DNA from: Thiotrichaceae bacterium UBA5859
GTDB taxonomy: Bacteria > Pseudomonadota > Gammaproteobacteria > UBA5859
Assembly (NCBI GenBank): GCA_002432655.1
Contig: DJFZ01000055.1
Span: 1,643-65,642, forward strand
Length of the DNA stretch: 64,000 nt
Direction: 5' to 3'
The position numbers were made by a program, and so were the translations under genes. Within the stretch, counting starts at the first letter, position 1. Each line of letters opens with the position of its first letter. Of the stretch, positions 37,900 through 48,567 are shown one piece after another. The notes beneath the pieces were generated by a model. That model worked only from the letters and a program-made list of their open reading frames with translations, did not search any database and had not been told where the DNA came from.

Positions 37900-40446
37900 A
37901 TGCGTGACGCGCATCGACCGAACATCATCGTCATCGGCAACGGCATGGTCGGCCAAAAATTACTGGAAAATCTAGTAGAAGCTGAAGTACATAAGCAGTT
38001 TAATATTCTGACTTTTTCTGAGGAACCTCGCCCAGCGTACGATAGAGTGGCGCTAAGTTCTTTTTTTTCAGGCAACCGTGCAGAGGATTTGTCTCTCGTA
38101 CCCGAGGGATTCTTTCAACAGAACGGTATCGGCTTACAACTTTCAGAAGCCGTCACTGAAATTGATAGGGCTAAAAAAGAAGTGTGTACCGAGGCCGGGA
38201 ATCGCTATACCTACGAGCTATTGATTCTTGCCACCGGATCTTATCCATTCGTGCCACCGTTACCGGGGCGTGATCGAAAACACTGCTATGTCTATCGCAC
38301 GATCGAAGATCTTGAAGCAATTGCTGCTTGCGGCAAACAGAGTCAGATCGGCGTCGTGGTTGGCGGCGGCCTATTGGGTTTAGAAGCCGCTAAGGCACTA
38401 AAAGACATGGATCTAGAAACCCATGTGGTAGAGTTCGCACCCAGACTCATGGCGGTACAGGTAGATGAAATCGGTGGACAGTTATTACGCAGTAAAATTG
38501 AAGCCTTAGGCGTACAGGTCCACACACAGAAAAACTCAAAAGAAATTGTGGATGGTAATCAACATCTGCATCGCATTAATTTCGTTGACGGCGAACATCT
38601 TGAAACCGACATGATTGTGTTTTCCGCGGGGATCCGACCTCAGGATGCATTGGCGCGCCAATGCGACTTAGCTTTGGGAGAGCGAGGCGGTATCGTCATC
38701 AATGACCATTGCCAAACCTCCGATACCTCTATTTACGCCATTGGTGAATGCGCCTTATGGCAAAATCGTATTTTTGGGCTGGTGGCACCCGGCTATCAAA
38801 TGGCAAAGGTAGCAGCAGAACATATCGCCGGCGGATCGGCTGCTTTTACTGGTGCAGATATGAGTACCAAATTAAAGCTATTGGGCGTGGATGTGGCCAG
38901 CGTTGGCGACGCTCACGCTCGTACGGAAGGTGCGCGTTGTTTCAATTATTTGGATGAAATTAAAGGTGTCTACAAAAAGGTGGTAGTAGACGCTAAACGC
39001 GAACGTCTGCTCGGTGCCGTGCTAGTAGGAGATGCTGAGGAATACGGTACACTCCTACAAATGACACTGAATGACATGCCGTTGCCGGAAAATGTCGATT
39101 CTTTGATTTTGCCACACTATGATGGCAGCGGCATGACAGGGCTGGGCGTCGACGCTCTGCCGGAATCCGCGCAAATATGCTCCTGTAACAACGTCAGTAA
39201 AGGAGATATCTGCCAGGCAGTGGGTTCGGGCGCAACCACACTTGCGGCCATTAAAGAGGCCACCAAAGCCTCTACTACCTGCGGTGGCTGCACCGCTCTA
39301 GTCGGTCAAGTATTAAATGCGGAATTACTCAAATTAGGTGTCGAGGTAAACACAGATATCTGTGAGCACTTCCCTCACACTCGTCAGGAGTTGTATCACA
39401 TAGTACGTATCAACAACATCCAAACATTCGCTGAATTGATAGAAAAACACGGCAAAGGTAGGGGCTGTGATATCTGCAAACCCGCGGTAGCTTCTATTCT
39501 GGCTTCTTGTTGGAATCAATATATTCTAAAACCGGAACATAGCCAGTTACAGGATACAAACGATAGATTCTTAGCCAATATGCAAAAAAACGGTACCTAC
39601 TCGGTAGTGCCTCGTGTGCCAGGTGGCGAAATCACCCCTGACAAACTCATTGCCATTGGTGAAGTGGCAAAAAAATACGACTTGTATACGAAAATAACCG
39701 GTGGTCAAAGAATAGATTTGTTCGGTGCCAGGCTCGAGCAGTTGCCCGCCATATGGGAAGAACTTATCGCCGCTGGATTTGAAAGCGGTCATGCCTATGG
39801 TAAAGCAATGCGTACGGTGAAATCCTGTGTAGGCAGTACTTGGTGTCGGTATGGCGTGCAAGACAGCGTAAGCATGGCGATTCAAATCGAAAATCGTTAT
39901 CGCGGCGTGCGCTCTCCCCATAAGTTAAAGCTAGCCGTATCCGGATGTACTCGAGAATGCGCTGAAGCACAGAGTAAAGATGTCGGTGTGATCGCAACTG
40001 AAAAAGGGTGGAATCTCTATGTCTGCGGCAACGGCGGCATGAAGCCGAGACATGCCGATTTACTGGCATCGGATCTCGACGATCAGACTTTGATCCAGTA
40101 CATCGATCGCTTTTTGATGTTTTATATACGCACGGCCGATCGTCTACAGCGCACTTCCGTCTGGTTAGACAATCTAGAAGGCGGTATTGACTATGTCCGA
40201 CAGGTAGTCTGTGAAGATTCTTTATCCATCGCCACAGAATTAGAAAACGACATGCAGTCTCTAATAGATAGCTATGTGTGTGAATGGCGCTACACTGTCG
40301 AAAATGAAGAAGAACGTAAGCGATTCTCTCATTTTGTAAATAGTTCTGAACCGGATAGCGGTGTTCAATTCGTCAAAGAGCGCGGGCAAATTCGCCCGGC
40401 TTCGACAGATGAGCTCCAGCAAATCCCTACGCAGGCAATAAATTAG
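37900..40446 (+). CDS. nirB: NAD(P)H-dependent nitrite reductase large subunit.
   Basis: 848 aa. N-terminal FAD/NAD Rossmann domain (IIVIGNGMVG), BFD-like [2Fe-2S] region and sirohaem/4Fe-4S Cys cluster (CVGSTWCRYG..., SGCTRECAEA). Confidence 0.9.
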   Translation: MRDAHRPNIIVIGNGMVGQKLLENLVEAEVHKQFNILTFSEEPRPAYDRVALSSFFSGNRAEDLSLVPEGFFQQNGIGLQLSEAVTEIDRAKKEVCTEAGNRYTYELLILATGSYPFVPPLPGRDRKHCYVYRTIEDLEAIAACGKQSQIGVVVGGGLLGLEAAKALKDMDLETHVVEFAPRLMAVQVDEIGGQLLRSKIEALGVQVHTQKNSKEIVDGNQHLHRINFVDGEHLETDMIVFSAGIRPQDALARQCDLALGERGGIVINDHCQTSDTSIYAIGECALWQNRIFGLVAPGYQMAKVAAEHIAGGSAAFTGADMSTKLKLLGVDVASVGDAHARTEGARCFNYLDEIKGVYKKVVVDAKRERLLGAVLVGDAEEYGTLLQMTLNDMPLPENVDSLILPHYDGSGMTGLGVDALPESAQICSCNNVSKGDICQAVGSGATTLAAIKEATKASTTCGGCTALVGQVLNAELLKLGVEVNTDICEHFPHTRQELYHIVRINNIQTFAELIEKHGKGRGCDICKPAVASILASCWNQYILKPEHSQLQDTNDRFLANMQKNGTYSVVPRVPGGEITPDKLIAIGEVAKKYDLYTKITGGQRIDLFGARLEQLPAIWEELIAAGFESGHAYGKAMRTVKSCVGSTWCRYGVQDSVSMAIQIENRYRGVRSPHKLKLAVSGCTRECAEAQSKDVGVIATEKGWNLYVCGNGGMKPRHADLLASDLDDQTLIQYIDRFLMFYIRTADRLQRTSVWLDNLEGGIDYVRQVVCEDSLSIATELENDMQSLIDSYVCEWRYTVENEEERKRFSHFVNSSEPDSGVQFVKERGQIRPASTDELQQIPTQAIN

Positions 40447-40558
40447 AGCCTGTTCCTGTTTGAATATTGCGCTGACTATTTTTGACCAACGGCACTCAAC
40501 AGCATGTATTTTGTTGAATGAATAGTTTGGCGTTAACCAATTTAGGAGCCGTCAACCC

Positions 40559-40900
40559 ATGACATTAAAGTGGACTCAAGTTTGTCTTCTTGAAGAGATT
40601 TTACCGAACACCGGTTGTTGCGCGTTGTATAATCAAATGCAGATCGCAATATTTCGGGTAGATAGTTCGGAACAACTATATGCGGTACAAAATTATGATC
40701 CCCTTGGCGAAGCGAATGTCTTATCGCGAGGCATTGTAGGCGATGTCAATGGAGAATTAGTTGTGGCTTCACCCCTGTATAAACATCACTACTCATTAAA
40801 AACAGGAAAATGTTTGGAAGACGAAACGGTTCAAATTCAAACCTATCCTATCCGAGTGGAAAATGGCCGAGTGGAACTCGGTACGGTTTCTTCACATTAA
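40559..40900 (+). CDS. nirD: Nitrite reductase small subunit (Rieske-like).
   Basis: 113 aa. NirD-like beta-sandwich pattern, directly downstream of nirB. Confidence 0.85.
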   Translation: MTLKWTQVCLLEEILPNTGCCALYNQMQIAIFRVDSSEQLYAVQNYDPLGEANVLSRGIVGDVNGELVVASPLYKHHYSLKTGKCLEDETVQIQTYPIRVENGRVELGTVSSH

Positions 40901-40921
40901 TACACTACTTAGGCAGTTTAA

Positions 40922-43900
40922 ATGAGTCATTTCCTAGATAGATTACAGTTTTTCAAAAAAAAACAAGGACAATTTGCGGACGGCCATGGTGAGATCAGCA
41001 ATGAAGATCGCTCCTGGGAAGATGGTTATCGTCAACGCTGGCAGCACGATAAAATTGTCCGCTCTACCCATGGTGTCAATTGCACCGGATCCTGTAGCTG
41101 GAAAATATACGTTAAAAACGGCCTAGTGACTTGGGAGACTCAACAGACGGATTATCCGCGTACTCGCCCAGACTTACCCAACCACGAACCGAGAGGATGT
41201 CCCCGGGGTGCCAGCTATTCTTGGTACATATATAGTGCTAATCGACTCAAATATCCATTGATTCGCAAAAAGCTGGTGCAATTATGGCGGGCCGCTAGGC
41301 AAACTCACGATCCCGTAGATGCCTGGGAATCTATCGTAGAAGACAGCGAGAAAGCGGCAACCTATAAGCAACAGAGAGGTTTAGGCGGTTTTGTCCGGGC
41401 AACTTGGGATGAAGTGAATGAAATCATCGCCGCTGCCAATACCTACACAATTAAACAGTACGGCCCTGATCGAGTATGTGGTTTTTCACCGATACCTGCC
41501 ATGTCGATGGTGTCCTACGCAGCCGGTACTCGCTATTTGTCCTTAATTGGCGGTACTTGTTTGAGCTTTTATGACTGGTATTGCGATTTACCCCCTAGCT
41601 CTCCTCAAGTGTGGGGAGAACAAACCGATGTGCCCGAATCTGCCGATTGGTATAACTCCAATTTTTTGATCTTATGGGGTTCAAATGTGCCGCAAACTCG
41701 AACACCGGATGCACATTTCTATGCCGAAGTACGTTACAAAGGCACCAAAAGCGTGGTCATTACTCCCGACTTTTCAGAGGCATCAAAGTTTGCCGACCTC
41801 TGGCTTGCGCCTAAACAGGGAACGGATGCTGCGCTCGCAATGGCCTTTGGGCATGTGATCTTAAAAGAGTTTCACGTAGACAATCCGAGTCCATACTTCT
41901 TGAATTATTGTCGTCAATATACGGATATGCCGCTGTTGGTCAAATTGGTGCCTCACGAAGACGGCGCCTTTAAAGCAGATCGTTTTCTTCGCGCTTCAGA
42001 TTTTAACGATGCGTTGGGTGAGGAGAACAACCCCGAGTGGAAAACAGTGGGCTATGACGAACATTCAAAGCAATTTTGTGTGCCCACTGGATCAATAGGT
42101 TTTCGCTGGGGGGAGCAAGGTAAATGGAATATTGAAGAGAAGGACGCCACTGGTCAAGCCACCCAGTTATCTCTGACTCTACTCGACCAACGAGATGAGG
42201 TGGCTTCCGTTGCATTCCCCTACTTTGGCGGAAACGAACGTGAACACTTTCAACATACGGCACACAACGATGTATTGTATCGCAACATTCCTACGAAGAA
42301 AGTGACTTTGTCTACTGGCGAAGAAGTCTTAGTTGCCACTGTCTATGATCTATTATTGGCTCACTACGGTATTGATCGCGGTTTAGGTGGCGACAATGTC
42401 GCGACAAGTTACGACGATGACATTCCTTGCACACCAGCGTGGCAACATAAAATTACTGGCGTTAAATCTCAAGATGTGATCACCGTAGCCCGTCAGTTTG
42501 CCGAGACCGCCCATAAAACTAAAGGGCGCTCCATGATTATCGTGGGTGCGGGGCTGAACCACTGGTATCACAACGATATGAACTATCGCGGCTTAATAAA
42601 TATGCTGTTGATGTGCGGCTGCGTGGGCCAAACAGGCGGTGGCTGGTCGCATTATGTGGGCCAGGAAAAACTTCGACCACAAACCGGATGGACAGCGCTC
42701 GCGTTCGCTCTCGATTGGAATCGTCCACCCAGACAGATGAATGGCACCTCTTTTTTCTATAATCATACCAGTCAATGGCGTTACGAAAAGGTGGGTATTG
42801 AAGAGATCCTTTCGCCGTTAGCGGATAAAGAAAAATATTCCGGTAATGTTTTAGACTATAACATTCGTGCCGAGCGTATGGGTTGGTTACCAAGCGCACC
42901 ACAACTGAATACTAATCCGTTGAATTTGGCTGCTCGAGCGGAAGAGAATAACTTATCAGTAGAAGAGCACCTATGTACCGAACTGAAGTCTGAACAGATC
43001 TCAATGGCTTGTGAAGATCCGGAAGATCCACAAAATTTTCCCCGTAATTTATTTGTCTGGCGTTCTAATATTTTGGGTTCAAGTGGTAAAGGTCACGAAT
43101 ATTTCTTACATCACTTGTTAGGTACCAAACATGGACTGTTGGGCAAAGAACTGGGTGACGACACGAACTTAAAACCAGAAGAGGTAAATTGGCATGAGCA
43201 AGGTGCCACCGGGAAGCTGGATCTGTTGGTCACTTTAGACTTTCGTATGTCTACCACCTGCCTCTATTCAGACATCGTGTTACCCACAGCCAGTTGGTAT
43301 GAAAAGGATGATTTAAACACCTCCGACATGCACCCTTTTATTCATCCATTATCTGCAGCAGTAGATCCAGTATGGGAATCGAGAACTGACTGGGATATCT
43401 ACAAAGGAATAGCGAACAAATTTTCTGAAGTCTGTGTCGGCCACTTAGGCAAAGAAAAAGATGTGGTATTGACCCCGCTGATGCACGATTCCCCTGGTGA
43501 AATTGCCCAGCCCTTTGAGGTAAAAGATTGGAAAAAAGGAGATTGCGATCCCATTCCTGGGAAAACCATGCCGCAGATTAGCGTCATCGAACGCGACTAT
43601 CCAAACACTTATAAAAAGTTCACCTCTCTTGGACCTTTGATGGAGTCCTTAGGCAACGGTGGCAAAGGCATTCATTGGGATACAAAAACGGAAGTAGAAT
43701 TCCTCGGCAAATTGAATCATCCCGTCTTAGATGAGGGTGTTTCTAAAGGACGGCCACAAATTGAAAGCGCCATTGACGCCGCTGAGGTAATCTTGTCTTT
43801 AGCACCAGAAACCAATGGTCAAGTCGCCGTAAAAGCCTGGGAATCCCTAGGTAAAATCACCGGCCGCCAACACACTCATTTGGCAGAACCAAAACAAGAC

Positions 43901-44674
43901 GAAAAAATACGTTTTCGAGACATACAAGCGCAACCGAGAAAAATTATCTCTTCCCCCATCTGGAGTGGGCTCGAAGATGAACATGTCAGTTACAATGCAG
44001 GATACACAAACGTGCATGAGCTGATCCCCTGGCGCACCCTAACCGGAAGGCAACAGTTCTATTTGGATCACCAATGGATATTGGCTTTTGGTGAAGGCTT
44101 TTGCCAATATCGTCCACCAATAGATACCAAGACTGTGAACCCGATATTAAATAAGACGCCTAATGGCAATCGAGAAATTGCGTTAAATTGGATTACGCCT
44201 CACCAAAAATGGGGTATCCACAGCACCTATACTGAAAACCTGCTGATGCTTACTCTTTCAAGAGGTGGTCCCATTATTTGGTTGAGTGAGGTGGATGCAG
44301 CAAAAGTCGACATTGCTGATAATGATTGGGTAGAAGTGTTTAACGTCAACGGGGCGTTAACCGCGCGCGCTGTGGTCAGCCAACGGGTAAATGAAGGCAT
44401 GACGATGATGTATCACGCCCAGGAACGTATCGTCAATAATCCAGGCGCTGAAACCACCGGCACCAGAGGCGGTATTCACAACTCGGTCACTAGAGTGGTA
44501 CTCAAACCCACCCACATGATAGGCGCCTACGCGCAGTTCAGTTATGGTTTTAACTATTACGGTACTGTCGGTTCTAATCGAGATGAATTTGTTATTGTGA
44601 GAAAAATGAATGAAATTGATTGGCTCGACGGTGAAAGTCAACCCTACAAGCAAACAGACGGAGCAGTAGTTTAA
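40922..44674 (+). CDS. narG: Respiratory nitrate reductase alpha subunit.
   Basis: 1250 aa. NarG N-terminal HGVNCTGSCSW Fe-S motif and Mo-bisMGD domains along the full length. It starts 21 bp after the nirD stop. Confidence 0.95.
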   Translation: MSHFLDRLQFFKKKQGQFADGHGEISNEDRSWEDGYRQRWQHDKIVRSTHGVNCTGSCSWKIYVKNGLVTWETQQTDYPRTRPDLPNHEPRGCPRGASYSWYIYSANRLKYPLIRKKLVQLWRAARQTHDPVDAWESIVEDSEKAATYKQQRGLGGFVRATWDEVNEIIAAANTYTIKQYGPDRVCGFSPIPAMSMVSYAAGTRYLSLIGGTCLSFYDWYCDLPPSSPQVWGEQTDVPESADWYNSNFLILWGSNVPQTRTPDAHFYAEVRYKGTKSVVITPDFSEASKFADLWLAPKQGTDAALAMAFGHVILKEFHVDNPSPYFLNYCRQYTDMPLLVKLVPHEDGAFKADRFLRASDFNDALGEENNPEWKTVGYDEHSKQFCVPTGSIGFRWGEQGKWNIEEKDATGQATQLSLTLLDQRDEVASVAFPYFGGNEREHFQHTAHNDVLYRNIPTKKVTLSTGEEVLVATVYDLLLAHYGIDRGLGGDNVATSYDDDIPCTPAWQHKITGVKSQDVITVARQFAETAHKTKGRSMIIVGAGLNHWYHNDMNYRGLINMLLMCGCVGQTGGGWSHYVGQEKLRPQTGWTALAFALDWNRPPRQMNGTSFFYNHTSQWRYEKVGIEEILSPLADKEKYSGNVLDYNIRAERMGWLPSAPQLNTNPLNLAARAEENNLSVEEHLCTELKSEQISMACEDPEDPQNFPRNLFVWRSNILGSSGKGHEYFLHHLLGTKHGLLGKELGDDTNLKPEEVNWHEQGATGKLDLLVTLDFRMSTTCLYSDIVLPTASWYEKDDLNTSDMHPFIHPLSAAVDPVWESRTDWDIYKGIANKFSEVCVGHLGKEKDVVLTPLMHDSPGEIAQPFEVKDWKKGDCDPIPGKTMPQISVIERDYPNTYKKFTSLGPLMESLGNGGKGIHWDTKTEVEFLGKLNHPVLDEGVSKGRPQIESAIDAAEVILSLAPETNGQVAVKAWESLGKITGRQHTHLAEPKQDEKIRFRDIQAQPRKIISSPIWSGLEDEHVSYNAGYTNVHELIPWRTLTGRQQFYLDHQWILAFGEGFCQYRPPIDTKTVNPILNKTPNGNREIALNWITPHQKWGIHSTYTENLLMLTLSRGGPIIWLSEVDAAKVDIADNDWVEVFNVNGALTARAVVSQRVNEGMTMMYHAQERIVNNPGAETTGTRGGIHNSVTRVVLKPTHMIGAYAQFSYGFNYYGTVGSNRDEFVIVRKMNEIDWLDGESQPYKQTDGAVV

Positions 44675-46261
44675 ATGAAAATACGCGCACAGATCGGTAT
44701 GGTATTAAATTTAGACAAATGTATTGGTTGTCATACCTGCTCTATTACCTGTAAGAACGTTTGGACTTCCCGAGAAGGCACCGAATACGCTTGGTTTAAC
44801 AACGTCGAAACTAAACCCGGTGTCGGCTATCCAAAAGAGTGGGAGAATCAGGATCGGTGGAAAGGTGGTTGGAAGCTGAAAGGCAATGGTGAATTGCAAC
44901 CTAAAATTGGTGGCAAATTTAGGGTGCTGGCCAATATTTTTGCCAATCCAGACTTACCAGAAATCGACGACTATTACGAACCATTCGACTTTGATTACCA
45001 ACACCTACATGAAGCGCCAGAGGGCAAACACCAACCCACTGCACGACCTCGCTCACTGATCTCCGGTGAACGCATGGAAAAAATAGAATGGGGGCCAAAC
45101 TGGGAAGAAATTCTGGGTACAGAATTCAAGAAAAGATCAAAAGACAAAAATTTTGACCAAGTACAAAAGGAGATTTACGGTCAATTTGAGAACACATTCA
45201 TGATGTACTTACCGCGTCTATGTGAGCACTGTTTAAATCCTGCTTGTGTAGCCACTTGCCCGTCCGGTGCAATTTACAAACGAGAAGAAGACGGCATTGT
45301 ACTTATCGACCAAGATAAGTGTCGTGGTTGGCGCATGTGCGTGAGTGGATGTCCTTATAAAAAAATCTACTATAACTGGAAATCAGGCAAGTCGGAAAAA
45401 TGTATCTTTTGCTATCCTCGTATAGAGGTGGGACAACCTACTGTTTGCTCCGAAACCTGTGTGGGTCGTATTCGCTATCTCGGTGTGTTGCTCTATGATG
45501 CAGATCGAATTGCGGAAGTGGCTGCCACACCCAACGATCAAGATCTCTATAAAAAACAGCTAGAGATATTCTTAGATCCGAATGATCCAGACATCATTGC
45601 GCAGGCCAGAAAAGATGGCGTTCCAGACAATTGGTTGGAAGCAGCGCAGCGTTCACCAGTTTATATGTTAGCAATGGACTGGCAACTTGCCCTACCCTTA
45701 CACCCGGAATACCGCACCTTGCCCATGGTTTGGTACGTGCCTCCCCTGAGTCCAATTCAGAGTGCTGCGGACAGCGGCGCCATCGGCATGAATGGCATCA
45801 TTCCAGATGTCGACAGTTTGCGGATCCCACTAAAATATCTTGCCAACATGCTCACCGCAGGAGACGAAGCACCAGTGTTACTGGCCCTAAAGAGACTCCT
45901 CGCCATGCGCGCCTATAAGCGAAGCGAAGAAGTGGATGGAGAAGTCAATCATAAAGTTTTGGATGAAGTTAACCTCACTCGCGAACAGGTTGAAAGCATG
46001 TACCGCTATTTGGCTATCGCCAATTATGAAGATAGGTTTGTCATCCCAACCGGCCACCGAGAATATGCAGTGGAGGCGTTCCCAGAAAAATCGGGTTGTG
46101 GCTTCAGCTTCGGTAATGGTTGCTCCGATGGGAACTCAAACCTAGGTCTATTTGGTAATAATCGCGCCAATTCAACCACAGTGAAGTCCTTGTCTGGATC
46201 TGAGTCTGCCACCGAAGGCAATCCATTAGAGATCCGTCAATTATTCTCCTCCCGACGCTAA
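44675..46261 (+). CDS. narH: Respiratory nitrate reductase beta subunit.
   Basis: Four Cys clusters (CIGCHTCSITC, CEHCLNPACVATCPSGA, CRGWRMCVSGCPY, CIFCYPR). Its ATG abuts the narG stop. Confidence 0.95.
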   Translation: MKIRAQIGMVLNLDKCIGCHTCSITCKNVWTSREGTEYAWFNNVETKPGVGYPKEWENQDRWKGGWKLKGNGELQPKIGGKFRVLANIFANPDLPEIDDYYEPFDFDYQHLHEAPEGKHQPTARPRSLISGERMEKIEWGPNWEEILGTEFKKRSKDKNFDQVQKEIYGQFENTFMMYLPRLCEHCLNPACVATCPSGAIYKREEDGIVLIDQDKCRGWRMCVSGCPYKKIYYNWKSGKSEKCIFCYPRIEVGQPTVCSETCVGRIRYLGVLLYDADRIAEVAATPNDQDLYKKQLEIFLDPNDPDIIAQARKDGVPDNWLEAAQRSPVYMLAMDWQLALPLHPEYRTLPMVWYVPPLSPIQSAADSGAIGMNGIIPDVDSLRIPLKYLANMLTAGDEAPVLLALKRLLAMRAYKRSEEVDGEVNHKVLDEVNLTREQVESMYRYLAIANYEDRFVIPTGHREYAVEAFPEKSGCGFSFGNGCSDGNSNLGLFGNNRANSTTVKSLSGSESATEGNPLEIRQLFSSRR

Positions 46262-46271
46262 GAGGTGATGA

Positions 46272-46958
46272 ATGAAAAACCTTAAGCTCATCTCTATTCT
46301 GCTCTCCTATCCAGAGCCTAGTTGGTTCTGTGAATTCGATAACATGATTGAATACATCAATGCAGATCAAGAGTTCACCCCGGAGCAGAAGCAAAAACTA
46401 TTAGAGTTTATTGAGTTACTCTCTTCTGAAGATGTTCTGGACTCTCAGGAGCGTTATGTGGCTACCTTTGATAGAGGCCGCTCTGTATCTATGTTGCTGT
46501 TCGAACATATCCACGGCGAATCAAGAGATAGAGGCCAAGCCATGGTGGATTTGCTGCACACTTACGAATCACGCGGATTTGAACTGAGCGTATCAGAACT
46601 ACCCGATCACTTAACTGTTTTTTTAGAATTTCTATCCCAATGTGCTCCCGAGGAATCTGTTCTATGGCTTTCTGAGGTTTCGAATATATTGGTTCTCATT
46701 TGTTCTAGACTCTACGAACGGCAGAACCCTTATTCAGATCTTTTCAAAATACTCTGCGAGCTCGGCGGAATAACTGAGTTTGATAACCAAACGCTGAACC
46801 AGGTGAAATTGGAGCCAAGGGATGATACACCCGATGCTCTCGACAAGGTTTGGGAAGAAGAGGCGGTACGTTTTGTTGGTAATAATGTCATGGGGGGCGT
46901 ACCCGCTTCTTCTGACCAACAATCTATAAACGACCTAACGCTTAAATCTATATCATAA
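46272..46958 (+). CDS. narJ: Nitrate reductase molybdenum cofactor assembly chaperone.
   Basis: 228-aa acidic protein at the canonical position between narH and narI. TorD/NarJ-like helical pattern. Confidence 0.8.
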   Translation: MKNLKLISILLSYPEPSWFCEFDNMIEYINADQEFTPEQKQKLLEFIELLSSEDVLDSQERYVATFDRGRSVSMLLFEHIHGESRDRGQAMVDLLHTYESRGFELSVSELPDHLTVFLEFLSQCAPEESVLWLSEVSNILVLICSRLYERQNPYSDLFKILCELGGITEFDNQTLNQVKLEPRDDTPDALDKVWEEEAVRFVGNNVMGGVPASSDQQSINDLTLKSIS

Positions 46959-46970
46959 AGGAGCCAAACC

Positions 46971-47663
46971 ATGGCATGGTTGAATCATTTCATTCACGAA
47001 ATTCTTTTTGGGCTTTTCCCTTATTTCGCTCTGACGGTTATGGTACTAGGTTCAATCATAAGATTTGACCGCGAACAATATACTTGGCGAAGCGGATCCA
47101 GTCAGATGTTGCGCAATAAATCATTTAGGTTGGCAAGTAACCTATTTCATTTCGGCATCTTATTTCTCATGCTAGGTCATTTTGTCGGACTCTTAACGCC
47201 ACCCAAAATCTATCATGCATTTGGATTATCGACAGCGGACAAACAGATCCTTGCTATGAGCGCTGGAGGGGCTGCTGGCATTGTTTGTTTTGTCGGACTA
47301 ACCATGTTGTTACATAGACGGCTCTACGATCCCAGGATTAGAGCAACGAGTTCATTTAGCGATATTTTGATTCTTCTACTCATTTATGCGCAGTTGATCT
47401 TGGGTCTTTTTTCAATTGTTGTTTCCGCGTTTCATATGGATGGTACACAGATGGTATTGCTGGCAGAGTGGGCCCAACGAATTGTCAGTTTCAGATCTGA
47501 TGCCGCCGATCAACTCCTACACGTGAATTGGGTATATAAGTTACATGTGTTTCTCGGACTCATTATCATCTTAGTATTTCCTTTCACACGATTGATACAC
47601 ATCATCAGTGCCCCGATATGGTATCTAGGCAGAAGTTATCAGATTGTGAGAACCAGAAGGTAA
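46971..47663 (+). CDS. narI: Respiratory nitrate reductase gamma subunit (dihaem cytochrome b).
   Basis: 230 aa with five TM helices and conserved haem-ligand His positions. Confidence 0.85.
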   Translation: MAWLNHFIHEILFGLFPYFALTVMVLGSIIRFDREQYTWRSGSSQMLRNKSFRLASNLFHFGILFLMLGHFVGLLTPPKIYHAFGLSTADKQILAMSAGGAAGIVCFVGLTMLLHRRLYDPRIRATSSFSDILILLLIYAQLILGLFSIVVSAFHMDGTQMVLLAEWAQRIVSFRSDAADQLLHVNWVYKLHVFLGLIIILVFPFTRLIHIISAPIWYLGRSYQIVRTRR

Positions 47664-47667
47664 GCAT

Positions 47668-48507
47668 ATGTCCAATCCCATCGAAATCAAAATATCAGAG
47701 CCACTACATACCCAGAGCCCAGCTGAATCTGTTGATACTGTTGTTAAAGTCAATGGGCAAACCATCAGCGAAGAGACCATTGCTCGGGAAATGCAATATC
47801 ACCCAGCAGACAATCAAGAGCAAGCATATTTTCTGGCCACCCAAGCGTTGGTGATCCAAGAGGTTCTCTGTCAACGTGCTGACTCTCTATTCGTCAATCA
47901 AAAAACCAAGTTAACTTTAAATACAGACAAAAAAATCGAAGCTGTGCTAGAAGAGGAAGTAGCAGTACCTACCCCTTCTGAGCCAGAACTCAGGCGGTAT
48001 TATTCTCAGAATGAAGACAAATTTAGAACCGGCGATTTGTTGGAAGTCAGCCATATCTTGTTGGCAGCCGCACCAGAAGATGCCGTCATGCGACAACAAC
48101 TGAAAGAAAAGGCGTATCTACTCATTGAACAATTAGTTAAACAACCCAAGAAATTTTCTAAATTGGCGAAAACCTATTCCGCCTGCCCTTCCAACAATAC
48201 GGGCGGCAGTCTTGGACAAATTAGCAAAGGTCAAACCGTTGTGGAATTTGAAAAAGCCTTACAAACCTTGCCTGAAGGACTTTCACCGCACCCAATTGAA
48301 TCTCGTTACGGCTTTCATATAATTCGTATAGACAGAAGAGTAGAAGGTAAATTGTTGCCATTTGAGTTGGCGCGAGATCGCATACATCAATACATGTTTG
48401 AACAGGTACAAAGACGCGCCATCAGTCAATACATTTCTCTATTATTAGCAGAGGCAGAAATTGAAGGCTTTGACATCAATACGCCTTCTAGTCCTCTGGT
48501 CCAGTAG
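47668..48507 (+). CDS. PpiC/parvulin-type peptidyl-prolyl cis-trans isomerase linked to the nar operon.
   Basis: C-terminal parvulin domain (SHILLAAAPED..., GFHIIRIDRR). It starts 4 bp after narI. A comparable ppiC-type gene follows narI in Pseudomonas. Confidence 0.75.
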   Translation: MSNPIEIKISEPLHTQSPAESVDTVVKVNGQTISEETIAREMQYHPADNQEQAYFLATQALVIQEVLCQRADSLFVNQKTKLTLNTDKKIEAVLEEEVAVPTPSEPELRRYYSQNEDKFRTGDLLEVSHILLAAAPEDAVMRQQLKEKAYLLIEQLVKQPKKFSKLAKTYSACPSNNTGGSLGQISKGQTVVEFEKALQTLPEGLSPHPIESRYGFHIIRIDRRVEGKLLPFELARDRIHQYMFEQVQRRAISQYISLLLAEAEIEGFDINTPSSPLVQ

Positions 48508-48509
48508 AA

Positions 48510-48541
48510 AAAAATAGCCACTCAACTAGAGTGGCTATCCG
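48510..48541 (-). terminator. Hairpin terminator, minus-strand oriented and possibly bidirectional. It closes both the nar operon and the convergent 484-aa gene.
   Basis: tagccactc-aacta-gagtggcta stem preceded on the plus strand by A7, which gives a T-run on the minus strand. Confidence 0.45.
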
Positions 48542-48567
48542 ATGGCCAGATGATGCTATCAATCTCT

